From a virus (taxonomy: Duplodnaviria; Caudoviricetes), in IMG/VR virus record IMGVR_UViG_3300037424_002164, positions 1-64,000 of that record: a stretch of DNA of 64,000 nucleotides; one strand, given 5' to 3'. Below are positions 1 through 9,250 of the stretch, in pieces; position 1 is the stretch's first letter, and the number at the start of each line of letters is the position of its first letter. The position numbers and the translations under genes are program-made. Below the pieces are notes generated by a model. It was not told the DNA's origin. It was given only the letters and a program-made list of their open reading frames with translations, and ran no database searches.

Positions 1-609
1 GACCACGGGCTGTTGCTCGCGCCGCAGACGCTCCTCCTCGTCTTTCGCCTGGATCTGCGCCTTGAGGGCGTCGATCTCGGCGCGAAGAGGCGCGTTGGCG
101 CGCTTGGCGGTCCATTCCTGGTGAGCCCTGACCCACTCTTCGTAGGACTCGAAGGCGTCCAATACCGGCTCGTCTTCGGCTGGCTTGGCAACCTCGCCTT
201 CAGGCTTCGCTTCCGCCGGCTTCTCCGCAGGCTTGGCTTCGTATTCCGCCAGCTTGCGTTTCAGCTCGTCGCGCTCGGCTTTGTGCGCATCGGCCTGCCG
301 CTCGGCTTCATGCCGGCGTCTGGTCAGCTCGGCGAACCGTTCCTCTATCGCTTTCTTGCCCTTCTTCGGGGTTTCCGTCCCCTCGGGCTCCTGAATTTCT
401 TCCTCTGCTCCCGGAACAGCGGCGCTTTTGTCCGCGGCCTCGCCCGGCTCACCGGCCGGTGGCTCCGCAGACGCGGGTGTTTCTGGCGCTGATGTGGGCG
501 CGCTGGTCTCGATCGTCTCGACTGACTCCTGCGAGTAGCCGAAGTGCTCGAGGGCGGCCTGAACCTGCTGTGGCGTGTCGGTGGTGGACGACACGATCAG
601 TCCTGACAT
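1..609 (-). CDS. Capsid scaffolding protein, P22-like (3' end runs off window)
   Basis: Not in ORF track; hand-translated from ATG at 609, open to base 1: MSGLIVSSTTDTPQQV...AIEERFAELTRRRHEAERQ...EPVLDAFESYEEWVRAHQEW. Acidic/Pro-rich N-terminus plus coiled coil, directly after the portal. Confidence 0.75.
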   Translation of the reverse strand, partial: MSGLIVSSTTDTPQQVQAALEHFGYSQESVETIETSAPTSAPETPASAEPPAGEPGEAADKSAAVPGAEEEIQEPEGTETPKKGKKAIEERFAELTRRRHEAERQADAHKAERDELKRKLAEYEAKPAEKPAEAKPEGEVAKPAEDEPVLDAFESYEEWVRAHQEWTAKRANAPLRAEIDALKAQIQAKDEEERLRREQQPVV

Positions 610-687
610 ATTGGTTGCTCCTGTTTGAAAGGGGATTTGGTTTCACGGCCTTGGAACGCCGACCGCTGGGCGTGGTACTAAACTCGT

Positions 688-921
688 TTAGGTGGCGCGG
701 AACGTCGACTGGCGGCGCATTGCAATCTGATTCGACCTGATCGACCGGCGCAGCGCCACATATCGCCGGAAGTCTTCCTCGGGAAGTTGTGCTCTCATCG
801 CCAGCAGATCCACGCAGCCCGTGGGCAACAGAAACGGTAACTCGTAGTTTTGCGCCTCGATCCACGGCGAGAGCGCGGGCAACGGAGCGTATTGGACCCG
901 GATTGTGGGGGTGTCGCTCAT
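688..921 (-). CDS. Hypothetical protein (77 aa)
   Basis: ATGA overlap with the portal stop; fills the portal-scaffold gap. Confidence 0.55.
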   Translation of the reverse strand: MSDTPTIRVQYAPLPALSPWIEAQNYELPFLLPTGCVDLLAMRAQLPEEDFRRYVALRRSIRSNQIAMRRQSTFRAT

Positions 922-3038
922 GCGGCCACTTGTTCCTCTTGCGGCCGCGGCGCGGCATCCTCTTCCACCGTCTGCGCGACGTGCAGTAAATCCATTCGCT
1001 TGTTCACCGCCGCGATCTGCTGGCGCAGCAGCTCGATTCCTTCGGTGCTTTGGGCCTTCAGCGCGGCGATGGTGAGTTGCGTCTCCGCCTGCATCCCGGC
1101 CCTGCGCTCGGCGGATTCAAGCTCGGCGCGCTTCGATTCGATCTCTTCGTTGGCCTTATTCAGTGCGTCAGTCAGCTCGGCGTGTTGCTGGAGCAGCGCC
1201 TCCATCTTTTGCCGGAACTCGGGCGGAATCTCCTGCTGGCCCTCTTCGTCCTGCTCCTGGAGCTGCGGAGGCAGCATCTTCTTGAGCCGGTCGGCGATCT
1301 CTGGCGCGCCCGGCCAGTCCATGTGCCGGACGACCAGGTCCATGATGAACCCGGCCACCTGCGGAGCCGTCTGCACGAGCTGAAGCACGCTGGCGACGAA
1401 CTCCTGGCGCTTCGATTCGTAGCCCGGACCTACGCTGATCGTGATGTCGTATTTTCCGGCGTTCAGGTCGTAAAACTGCATGACCCCGGGTTTCTCCTCA
1501 AAGGGCCGCCCGATGGTCACGATCTCGTGGGTCTGGTCCGGCTTGACGATGCGCACGACCCTCCCGGGCCGGTCGTAGATTTTGGGGCACAGGTTGACGA
1601 GCAGTCGCCCCAGGTGCCGGATCGAGCGGGACAGGTTGTCGACAAACCCGAAGTTGGCGACGTCGGACTCCTTCTGCCGCGCCAGAATCGCCTTGCCTGA
1701 CTCCTGGGGCCCGCGCTGGCCGAGCGAGGCGTCATAAATGCCCGTGGTCGCCTTCATGTCGTTGTCGGCCTGCGCGATGGCCACCACGAGATCCGAGATC
1801 GGCGCCGGCACGGCCTGCCGCTGCGGAGGAGGAGCGAGCCGGTTTCCCAAGGCCACCGGCTTGTAGCTCAGATAGGCGTAATTCCTGACGTTGGCCTGGC
1901 GCCACTGCTCTTCGTATCCCTCGATTTGCCCTTCCGCGATGATAAACGGCGGGCGCGGCGTGATGCCGATGGTTTCCACCAGGACCGTGCGGCCGTAGTT
2001 GTAAAGCCGCTGCGCGTCCTTGGCGAACCTCACGATGCCGAACAGCTTCCGTTTGCCCCGGACGATCAGCTCCTCGCCGAGCACGGGGATGATGGGGATC
2101 CACCTGCCGCCCCACTCGTCCTCTTTGAGAATTTCCCGCGCATTAATCCTGCTGCAATGCACCTTGCGGGCTTCGACCTGGCGCGCCATCTTGCGGCCGT
2201 TTCGCTCGGCGATCAGCGACTCGTCTTCGATCTCGTCGAGCCAGGCGAATGTCCCGTCATTGAGCATCGCCATCGTCCGGTGTGTTTTTTCCACCCACCA
2301 GTACGCGGCGGTCCGGATGCCACCGTCCGGGAACCAGGGGCGCTCCTCGTCTCCGATCGACCGGAACTCGGACAGGCCGGCCAGCTCCGCGTTGGGGAAG
2401 CGTTCCTTGAACTGCGCGACCGTCAGGTCCTCGATCTGGAACGCGAACTCGGCGTCCGAGTAGTCTTTTTTTTCGCAGGTAGGATCGAAGTAAACCGTGA
2501 AGGGATCGAGAATCGGTTCGATGCGGATTTCCTGGTCGAGGAAGTCTTCGCCCGCCCGCTCCAGCTCGGGCTCGTCGGCGTATTCCGTGACAACGCGGAA
2601 GTACCCAAACCCGCAGATCGCGGCGCTGGCGAAAGCCGTGTCGTAGGCGATCTCGGCGTCGCTCGACACTTCGATGTGCCGCAAAAGCCCCTGGAAGACG
2701 GCGGCGGTCTCGACGGTGGACTGCTCTCCGGTGGGGTTCACCTGGATCGCGGGCCGGGCCTGCCGCTGGTCGTTGGTCACCTGATGCACAAATTGCAGCA
2801 GCCGGTTGATCGTCAGGCAGGGTTTCCCGGACTCGGTCCGGTCGTGTACGAGGTTTGCCGGCCACTGGTCGCCCGAATAGAACTCGAGATCTTCGAGCGC
2901 TTCCTTGCGCATCTGCGATTCGGCTTCGGACGCCAGCTTGAAACGCTCCCGCGCCAGCCGGAGAAACTCTTCGCGCTTCTGGCGCGCGTCGCCTTCCTCT
3001 GGCTTTGTCGGCTCGGACTTGACGATCAGTTGGGGCAT
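918..3038 (-). CDS. Portal protein, P22 family
   Basis: 706 aa; FYSGDQWP, KPCLTINRL, IPIIPVLG, LFGIVRFAKDAQRLYN, GKYDITISVGPGYESKRQE; C-terminal coiled-coil barrel. Confidence 0.93.
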   Translation of the reverse strand: MPQLIVKSEPTKPEEGDARQKREEFLRLARERFKLASEAESQMRKEALEDLEFYSGDQWPANLVHDRTESGKPCLTINRLLQFVHQVTNDQRQARPAIQVNPTGEQSTVETAAVFQGLLRHIEVSSDAEIAYDTAFASAAICGFGYFRVVTEYADEPELERAGEDFLDQEIRIEPILDPFTVYFDPTCEKKDYSDAEFAFQIEDLTVAQFKERFPNAELAGLSEFRSIGDEERPWFPDGGIRTAAYWWVEKTHRTMAMLNDGTFAWLDEIEDESLIAERNGRKMARQVEARKVHCSRINAREILKEDEWGGRWIPIIPVLGEELIVRGKRKLFGIVRFAKDAQRLYNYGRTVLVETIGITPRPPFIIAEGQIEGYEEQWRQANVRNYAYLSYKPVALGNRLAPPPQRQAVPAPISDLVVAIAQADNDMKATTGIYDASLGQRGPQESGKAILARQKESDVANFGFVDNLSRSIRHLGRLLVNLCPKIYDRPGRVVRIVKPDQTHEIVTIGRPFEEKPGVMQFYDLNAGKYDITISVGPGYESKRQEFVASVLQLVQTAPQVAGFIMDLVVRHMDWPGAPEIADRLKKMLPPQLQEQDEEGQQEIPPEFRQKMEALLQQHAELTDALNKANEEIESKRAELESAERRAGMQAETQLTIAALKAQSTEGIELLRQQIAAVNKRMDLLHVAQTVEEDAAPRPQEEQVAA

Positions 3039-3124
3039 GGGACTGGTGACTGGATGGAAGAGCTTTGCTGCCGGGGGCGGCCGTTTTCTTGGGCTGCCAC
3101 CTGGTGGGTGCTATTCGAAGGGAA

Positions 3125-3262
3125 CTACTTTACGGGTGCCCGGGACCTTGACGGTCTTGAGTTGCGCCATTCGTCCACTCGGTCGCTCAGCCATGAATAC
3201 CGGGCATACTCAACTACCAGGACCATCAAAGCGAAGATCAACAACAGGATGACTTCCTCCAT
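3125..3262 (-). CDS. Small membrane protein (45 aa)
   Basis: Hand-translated MEEVILLLIFALMVLVVEYARYSWLSDRVDEWRNSRPSRSRAPVK; one TM helix; GAAGG upstream. Confidence 0.5.
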   Translation of the reverse strand: MEEVILLLIFALMVLVVEYARYSWLSDRVDEWRNSRPSRSRAPVK

Positions 3263-3878
3263 CCTTCTTTCTTCCCTTGCACAGGAGTTTCCGTAGCTTG
3301 TTGACGGCGCGGCGCCGCGCCACCCGGTTGGTCGGAGTGTTGGCCAGGCGCTCGCCCGCGAGCGTCCGGGTGACCACGTGCCGCTCAGCGGGGCTCAAGA
3401 TGCACAGAAAGCGGAGAATGGACCGCTTCTGGTTTTCGTTATCGTCGTAGAACTCGATGGCGGTGTCGATCACCGGCTCGTTGGCCGGCTCGTTTCCGGA
3501 GAGCGGTTCATCGTACCGTCGCCTCCGCAGGCGGTCCAGGCACTCGTGCCGGAGGATGGTGCCCAGCCAGGTGGCCAGCGCACATTCGCCGCGGAAGCTC
3601 TGGCGGGATTGCCAGGCGCGCAGGAAACTTTGTTGAACCGCGTCGGCGGCGTCCTCCGGGCCCAGGAGCCGCCAGGCGAGCCGGGCGTAAACCTCCTGGT
3701 GAGTCACGTAGAGGCGCCCGAGGGCCACGGCGTCAATGCCGCCTAATACTTCTTTGTCGTCCGGGGGGCCGGAGACGGCTTCGGGGGTGGTCCACTGGCA
3801 ACCTTCTGAACCGGCTTCATGTCTTTCGGGCAGGGTTTTTCGCAGCCTTTGGCCATTGTTGTGTCCTCTCGCTTTCAC
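3210..3878 (-). CDS. ECF-type sigma-70 factor
   Basis: Region 2 motif DAADAVQQSFLRAWQSRQSFRGECALATWLGTILRHECLDRLRRRR; region 4-like LSPAERHVV...RRRAVNKLRKLL. Start uncertain. Confidence 0.85.
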   Translation of the reverse strand: MKARGHNNGQRLRKTLPERHEAGSEGCQWTTPEAVSGPPDDKEVLGGIDAVALGRLYVTHQEVYARLAWRLLGPEDAADAVQQSFLRAWQSRQSFRGECALATWLGTILRHECLDRLRRRRYDEPLSGNEPANEPVIDTAIEFYDDNENQKRSILRFLCILSPAERHVVTRTLAGERLANTPTNRVARRRAVNKLRKLLCKGRKKDGGSHPVVDLRFDGPGS

Positions 3879-3882
3879 TTTT

Positions 3883-4122
3883 CTACTGCCTTACTGCAAG
3901 TCCTTGAATCCATTTGCGCCGGGCGTCTTCGAGGCGGCGGAAGAGGGCCGATATCGGCTCCCAGGCCTCCGACTCGATCAAATCAATCGTACCCGGCCGC
4001 ACGCGGTTCAGCGCCGCGATCCAGGTGTTCAGGGCGGAGATGAACGCCACTCCGCAAGCCGGAACGCCCTTGGGCTTCGTGCTTCCCGGCCGGAGCGCCG
4101 CCAGGAATCGTCGGCGATTCAT
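3883..4122 (-). CDS. Hypothetical protein with twin-arginine-like N-terminus
   Basis: MNRRRFLAAL start; tight packing in operon. Confidence 0.55.
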   Translation of the reverse strand: MNRRRFLAALRPGSTKPKGVPACGVAFISALNTWIAALNRVRPGTIDLIESEAWEPISALFRRLEDARRKWIQGLAVRQ

Positions 4123-4124
4123 TT

Positions 4125-4328
4125 CTATTCGCTTTCATTCACTTCGGGCACGAACCGAAGGTGTGGGCGGAGCAGCTCGAACACCCCGGCGCGCATCGCC
4201 GGGCGCGAGCGGGCCAGGACCGCCTCCAAAGTGGTTTGATCGGGAATCGACCGCGCCAGCCGGCGGATTTCAGCCATCTGGCGGCCCTGTGCCGTGATCG
4301 GCGTCGAGGCTTTGAAGCGGTGGCTCAT
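4125..4328 (-). CDS. Hypothetical protein (67 aa)
   Basis: Operon packing, helical amphipathic sequence. Confidence 0.55.
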   Translation of the reverse strand: MSHRFKASTPITAQGRQMAEIRRLARSIPDQTTLEAVLARSRPAMRAGVFELLRPHLRFVPEVNESE

Positions 4329-4337
4329 CCAGCCAAT

Positions 4338-4550
4338 CTACTTCTTTCCCTTGCGCCGCTTCCGGCCCTTCATGAGGTCGCTCAACGGGACGCTTTTCTT
4401 CTGCGGCAGTCCCTCGTGAGGCGTCGAAGCGTAGTCTTTGAGTTGTTGGTTGGTCATATCCTTGAGTGACCGGTTGCGCTCGTAGAGCTTCTCCGGATGG
4501 TGGAGCGCGATGGCGGCCGCCTGCTGCATCGCCTTCGAGGGGGCTGGCAT
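4338..4550 (-). CDS. DUF3008-like small basic protein
   Basis: MPAPSKAMQQAAAIAL...DMTNQQLKDYASTPHEGLP resembles the DUF3008 pattern MPAKSKAQQKAAG...MSEKELEEMASTK. Confidence 0.6.
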   Translation of the reverse strand: MPAPSKAMQQAAAIALHHPEKLYERNRSLKDMTNQQLKDYASTPHEGLPQKKSVPLSDLMKGRKRRKGKK

Positions 4551-4557
4551 CGGGCGC

Positions 4558-5052
4558 CTACTTCAGCGGCGGCAAGCTCGCCGGCGGCGGCACCAGAATC
4601 GACCCGAGCGGCGGGCTGGCCGGATCGTAAACGGTAAGCCCTGGACTCGAAAGCCCCGGCGCCAACTGCACGGCCGGATTCAGGCTCGACGGCACCCACA
4701 CGTAGCCGTAGCCGTATCGCAGGCGCATCGTCTTCACGCTGTCCCAGCCCCACCCATCGGTGGGCACATCGACCGGGAAGCCTTCCATCACCAGCTTGCC
4801 GACCACCTGCTCGCGGTTCGGGCGCCGCAAAAAGATCCGCAGAATCGGATCCCAGAGGCTCGGCTTGAGAACGCGCTTCAGGTCCTGCGGCAGCTCCAGG
4901 ATTACCGCGCCGTCCTGTGTCCACACGGCCCTCTGCGTGTACGGGTCGAACTTCGTCGGCCACTGGAACTCGCGGGGGTCGGCCGCCGCGGCCAGCACGG
5001 CGAGCATAAGCAGTCCGATCCAGATACTGGCAAGCTGTCTTTTGAGTCGCAT
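4558..5052 (-). CDS. Secreted hypothetical protein
   Basis: Signal peptide MRLKRQLASIWIGLLMLAVLAAAA; beta-rich body. Confidence 0.7.
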   Translation of the reverse strand: MRLKRQLASIWIGLLMLAVLAAAADPREFQWPTKFDPYTQRAVWTQDGAVILELPQDLKRVLKPSLWDPILRIFLRRPNREQVVGKLVMEGFPVDVPTDGWGWDSVKTMRLRYGYGYVWVPSSLNPAVQLAPGLSSPGLTVYDPASPPLGSILVPPPASLPPLK

Positions 5053-5090
5053 CGATTACTTTCTCCTGTGTGTTGTTTTTGGGGAAACCT

Positions 5091-6191
5091 TTAGGCGAAG
5101 TACTGGAAGCCCGTGCCGTCGAAATCCACCCGGATGGTGCGGCCGGTCACCTGGCCGGAGTCGATGAGGCGCGCGAGCGGCTGGACGATGTGGCGTTGCA
5201 TGGCCCGCTGCAAGTGGCGCGCGCCGAACTGCGGCTCATAGCCTTCCGCGCACAGGCGCGATTTCGCGCTGTCGCTCAGCGTGACCGGCGTTGCCTCGCG
5301 CGCCAGCCGGTCGAAGATGCCGCGGTTGAGCGTCTGGAGTTCGATTTCGAGCACGTGCCGGATCTGCTCGGCATCCAGCGTCTGGAACACCACCACGGCG
5401 TCCAGGCGGTTCCGGAACTCGGGCGTGAAGTTCTTCCTCACCGCCTCGTGGCCGGCATGTCCGACGCCGTTTGGCTGGGCGGGGGCGAATCCCAGGCGGG
5501 GTTTCAGCAGCGACTCGATCGCGCGGCCTCCGAGGTTCGAGGTCATGAAGATCATCGAGTTCGAAAAGCTGACTTTCTGGTTGTCTCCCAGCGTCAGCGT
5601 CGCTTTATCCAGAATCCCGAGGAGCAAATGCCACAAAGCCTCACTCGCCTTCTCGATCTCGTCGAACAGCACAAAGCTGACGTGCGGGCCCTGCTCCGGG
5701 CAGTACTGGTTGAGATGCTGCTGGCTCAGCAGGGGAATGGTTTCACGATGCCCCAGGTAGCCCGGCGGCGAGCCGATGAGTTTCGCAATCTCGTGGGTGT
5801 GCTGGTACTCCGCGCAGTCGATCTTCGTGATGGCTCCCCGGTTATGCAGAAGTGCATCCGCGAGCAGCTCTACGATCAACGTCTTGCCGACGCCCGAGGG
5901 TCCGGTGAACAGGAGGTTCGAGATCGGGCGCCTCAGCGTGTGCAGTCCCGAGGTCCAGTTGACCCAGCCCTTCAAGACCTCCTGGATCGCTTCGTCCTGT
6001 CCGATCAAATGCGCGCGCAGGAACTGATCGAGTTGAGCGGTTCCGAGGCCGATCGCGTCCGGGTCCAGCCGCCGCGGCGGAGTTGCCTCCGGCGTGGACT
6101 CTTGCATCGGAGCCGGCTCGGCGCGTTCGGTGCGTTCCCGCGCGTCGATCGCAACGACCGGGGCTGGTTTTCGGTGTAGTGAAGGGGCCAC
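5091..6191 (-). CDS. Stand-alone ClpA/B/C-type D2 AAA+ ATPase (AAA_2 + ClpB_D2-small)
   Basis: Walker A LFTGPSGVGKT, pore loop IGSPPGYLG, Walker B LFDEIEKA, IFMTSNLG, FTPEFRNRLD, GYEPQFGARHL. Confidence 0.92.
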   Translation of the reverse strand: MAPSLHRKPAPVVAIDARERTERAEPAPMQESTPEATPPRRLDPDAIGLGTAQLDQFLRAHLIGQDEAIQEVLKGWVNWTSGLHTLRRPISNLLFTGPSGVGKTLIVELLADALLHNRGAITKIDCAEYQHTHEIAKLIGSPPGYLGHRETIPLLSQQHLNQYCPEQGPHVSFVLFDEIEKASEALWHLLLGILDKATLTLGDNQKVSFSNSMIFMTSNLGGRAIESLLKPRLGFAPAQPNGVGHAGHEAVRKNFTPEFRNRLDAVVVFQTLDAEQIRHVLEIELQTLNRGIFDRLAREATPVTLSDSAKSRLCAEGYEPQFGARHLQRAMQRHIVQPLARLIDSGQVTGRTIRVDFDGTGFQYFA

Positions 6192-6202
6192 GGTTTGTTT
6201 TT

Positions 6203-6565
6203 CTACCCCTCCTGGATCTCTTTTTCGCCGGGACAGTGGGCAATCAGGCTGCGCACGGCCTGCTCATCGTGCTCGTTGGCCAACCGGAACTTCACCTGGA
6301 GGGTTTTGGGTTGCTCAAACGTCTTCACTACGCGGCAGGAATCAGTGTTGATGTCGTAGGCAATGTAATAGCCGGGCGCGGCGACAACAATCAACCCGAA
6401 GCCGCGCCCTCGGATCAGCGGTGGCCGCAACCGGGGCTTGTGGTCGCCATCGTGCAGATCGTATTCGACGGAAACCTCGAGGACAAACTCGTTCTTGTCC
6501 TCCTGCGGAATACCGAAGCGCACGGCCTGGACGCCCTCCGGAAGCCCCTCCAGTTGACTGTCCAT
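6203..6565 (-). CDS. Hypothetical protein (120 aa)
   Basis: Likely true start MDSQLEG at 6565 within the 221-aa track ORF. Confidence 0.6.
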   Translation of the reverse strand: MDSQLEGLPEGVQAVRFGIPQEDKNEFVLEVSVEYDLHDGDHKPRLRPPLIRGRGFGLIVVAAPGYYIAYDINTDSCRVVKTFEQPKTLQVKFRLANEHDEQAVRSLIAHCPGEKEIQEG

Positions 6566-6570
6566 CGGGC

Positions 6571-6825
6571 TTACGCCGCCTTTTCGAGCTTGGCGTCCCC
6601 GAAGGCTTGCTGGACGCGCGCGATGAGGTCGGAGAGTTGGTTGAAGACCTCGAGCTCGTTGCCGGCCTCGTAATCGGGGAACCCCCGGCCCTTGTGGGGC
6701 TTTTGCTTGGTGCGGATTTGCGCGGTGAAGCCGTTGTCGGCGCGCATGATCGAAAAACTCTCGACTTCGCCCGGTTTGACCGCGCTGCCGCGGCTGCCTC
6801 GGGCGGTTGTCATCTGGTGTGCCAT
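6571..6825 (-). CDS. Hypothetical protein (84 aa)
   Basis: Protein-like composition and operon packing. Confidence 0.65.
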   Translation of the reverse strand: MAHQMTTARGSRGSAVKPGEVESFSIMRADNGFTAQIRTKQKPHKGRGFPDYEAGNELEVFNQLSDLIARVQQAFGDAKLEKAA

Positions 6826-6857
6826 GGGGAAAGTACTCCTTTGTCTTGGGGTGCTGC

Positions 6858-7028
6858 TTAAAACTCAAGCACGAGGCGGTTCAGCAGGTGGATTTCGAAC
6901 CGGCTGATTCCAAAGAACCAGCGGAAAGAAGCGAACGTTACGGGCCCGAGCTTGAGCCAACGCAAGTCCATTGACCGGTCGTAGCCGGCCGAGACGGTCC
7001 ACCAGCAATAAATGAAAGGGAAATCCAT
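6858..7028 (-). CDS. Small hypothetical protein (56 aa)
   Basis: Hand-translated MDFPFIYCWW...HLLNRLVLEF; its start overlaps the TerL stop (TGATG). Confidence 0.45.
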   Translation of the reverse strand: MDFPFIYCWWTVSAGYDRSMDLRWLKLGPVTFASFRWFFGISRFEIHLLNRLVLEF

Positions 7029-8524
7029 CAGGCCATCCAGCTCTGCGGGCCGTACCGTGAGCCGCTCGGCGGCTGGCCCACGGGGCGCTTGACGGGGGCA
7101 ACCGGCTGGGCGAAGGTCAGCGCCAGGGCGTCGCCGTCGTCGGGGGAGGCCAGTCCCCGTTTCTTCATCTGCTCCTTCGATTCGAGGACCAGACGGTCCC
7201 TCTTGCTCAGGTGAAACCCCGGCCCGGTCAAATCCAGCTCCAGGCGCTCATCGTGCGGGTCGATCATGCCGGTGGGGAGCCACTCCTTGGTCCGGTTCCA
7301 CATATAGGCCCGCATGTTTTCCTGGTGATCGTCCGGAGAGGCGTCGCCGAAGTTGATTTCAACCACGTTCTTGTGCCCGAGCACCTTCAGCCGCTCCACG
7401 ATCGGCGCCCCGAACGCGGAATCGACGAACATCATGCGTATCCGCTTGTCCGGGCTCTGCTCGTTGAGCAGCTCGGAGAGCTTCGCGATCATGATTTCCC
7501 GTGTTCCCTGCGCGCCGCTGATGCGCACCGGAGGGATGCTGCGCGCGTCTACTCCCTTGCGGAAGCGCACCACGTTCCAGGCGCTGCCGCCGTCGGCAAT
7601 ATCGACCCCGGCGATGATCGGATCGTCGTCGAGCGGCTGACTCTGTAGCATCTGCGCCTTCCAGACCCGCTCCTGATCGATGAATTGCAACTCCGAGGCC
7701 CGCGGCGGAAGCCCGCGTACCCTGACCCGGACGAAGTCGGAGTCCTCGCCCCAGTCCTCGATCCACTCTGCAATGACTTTCTTGTTGGGGAGCGCGCACT
7801 CCCGCGAGTCGATCGAGCGATTGAGCCAGCGCTCGCGCTCGGCACCGAAACTGGCGCGGTAGAACTTGCCGGTGTTCCGCGTGGGGTTGCCGAACAGGAA
7901 GATCATCGGCTCGCCGTCCGTCAGGCCGCCCTCGGCCACGTCGTAAATCTTGTCCGGCACGGCCGAGGCCTCGTCCACGATGTAGAAGGAGGTCGAGTTC
8001 GCGGCGTGCTGGCCGGCGAAACTCTCGGAGTTCTCCTCGCGGCAGGTTTGCGGCGCGCAAAACCACGACGCCGGGCTCGTCCGCGCGGCCATGCGGCTGC
8101 CGGTGACGATGAACCAGGAGGAGGTGATGGAAAGCGCGGTCCATTTTTGAATTTGCGGCCAGGTCTTGTCTCGGAGCTGGGGAAACGTGTTGGCGGTGAC
8201 CGTCCCCTGGGCGTGGGGCCGCGTGCTCATGATCCAATCGACCAGCCAGGCCACAAGCGTCGATTTTCCAATCCCGTGGCCGCTGGCAACCGCCGTCCGG
8301 ATGGGCTGGACCGCATTGATCCCGTCGAAATCCCGCTTGCGGACCTCGCGCCCTACGTCCTCTAGAAAGTCGCTTTGCCATTTGTCCGGTCCCGTATAGT
8401 TGCGCAGGGGGCCTGGCTCGCCCCAGGGGTACGCAAACCGCACGAACTTGAGCGGATCCGCATAGTATTGAGCGACCTTTTGGGCAAGTTCCAGATCAAT
8501 CCGTCTTGAGGCTGTCGCTGTCAC
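7028..8524 (-). CDS. terL: Terminase large subunit
   Basis: Walker A VASGHGIGKS, Walker B FYIVDEAS, FGNPTRNTGKF, nuclease IAGVDIADGG, C-terminal SPDDGDALALTF. Confidence 0.93.
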   Translation of the reverse strand: MTATASRRIDLELAQKVAQYYADPLKFVRFAYPWGEPGPLRNYTGPDKWQSDFLEDVGREVRKRDFDGINAVQPIRTAVASGHGIGKSTLVAWLVDWIMSTRPHAQGTVTANTFPQLRDKTWPQIQKWTALSITSSWFIVTGSRMAARTSPASWFCAPQTCREENSESFAGQHAANSTSFYIVDEASAVPDKIYDVAEGGLTDGEPMIFLFGNPTRNTGKFYRASFGAERERWLNRSIDSRECALPNKKVIAEWIEDWGEDSDFVRVRVRGLPPRASELQFIDQERVWKAQMLQSQPLDDDPIIAGVDIADGGSAWNVVRFRKGVDARSIPPVRISGAQGTREIMIAKLSELLNEQSPDKRIRMMFVDSAFGAPIVERLKVLGHKNVVEINFGDASPDDHQENMRAYMWNRTKEWLPTGMIDPHDERLELDLTGPGFHLSKRDRLVLESKEQMKKRGLASPDDGDALALTFAQPVAPVKRPVGQPPSGSRYGPQSWMA

Positions 8525-9047
8525 ACATTCGTATGCGGGCTGAGATGAGCCGCTGTTCGATGGTCTCGACCAGCATCACGTCTCCATCGAAGCCGCTCAG
8601 CCCGGCTTGCTCGCGATACCGGTGCGGCGACCAGCCGCGCAGCAGGAACATCAACAGGGCGTCGGACTTGCGAAAGATCCAGCCCACCACTCGCCCTTGG
8701 TAATACACCGGCTCGCGAACCCCATGCCGGGCCCGGTGCACGGCTTCGTCCTCGAGGGTCTGCACCGCAATTGTGCGCGCCTCCTCGAAGGCACCCGGGT
8801 AGTCGGCGTCCTCTTTCATCCAGCGGTAATGCTGCATCCGCTGGATGCGGGCATGCCTGGCGGCCTCGGTCAGATTGCCGGTCTCCTGAAAGGCGGCCAG
8901 CAGCGCGCGCTTTCTAAGGCCGGTGCTCCTGACGGTCCTGATTGCCGGCTTGGGGCCGGGCAGAAGTTTTCTAGCTACCACCCGTTTTGCCTTTTGTTTT
9001 GAGGGGCGTTTCACTGTTCGTGGATTACCGGCGCAGCGGCCAGACAA
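8496..9047 (-). CDS. terS: Terminase small subunit
   Basis: HTH GNLTEAARHARIQRMQHYRW, LEDEAVHRARHG, SDALLMFLLRG; immediately upstream of TerL. Start uncertain. Confidence 0.8.
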   Translation of the reverse strand: MSGRCAGNPRTVKRPSKQKAKRVVARKLLPGPKPAIRTVRSTGLRKRALLAAFQETGNLTEAARHARIQRMQHYRWMKEDADYPGAFEEARTIAVQTLEDEAVHRARHGVREPVYYQGRVVGWIFRKSDALLMFLLRGWSPHRYREQAGLSGFDGDVMLVETIEQRLISARIRMCDSDSLKTD

Positions 9048-9234
9048 ACCTGCCGCCGCCGAGTTGTGTGCTGAGGAACCAGAACAGCAGGACCAGCAGA
9101 AACACTCCGCAGATCCACATCACGGGCCGCGGGAACGAAAACCGGACGCAAATCCACCAGACCCCGTAACAGACCCCGTAGCCGATCGCGCAAGCCACGA
9201 TGAGGTAGATCAGCACCATGAATAGTTGCTCCAT
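9025..9234 (-). CDS. Small two-TM membrane protein (holin-sized)
   Basis: Two hydrophobic helices in 69 aa. Confidence 0.6.
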   Translation of the reverse strand: MEQLFMVLIYLIVACAIGYGVCYGVWWICVRFSFPRPVMWICGVFLLVLLFWFLSTQLGGGRFVWPLRR

Positions 9235-9250
9235 TTTGTCTTGTCCTTTT

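Noticed and set aside
6203-6868. Single 221-aa ORF as given in the track
   Set aside because: N-terminal half is low-quality overlap with the better 84-aa ORF in another frame; split into two genes.
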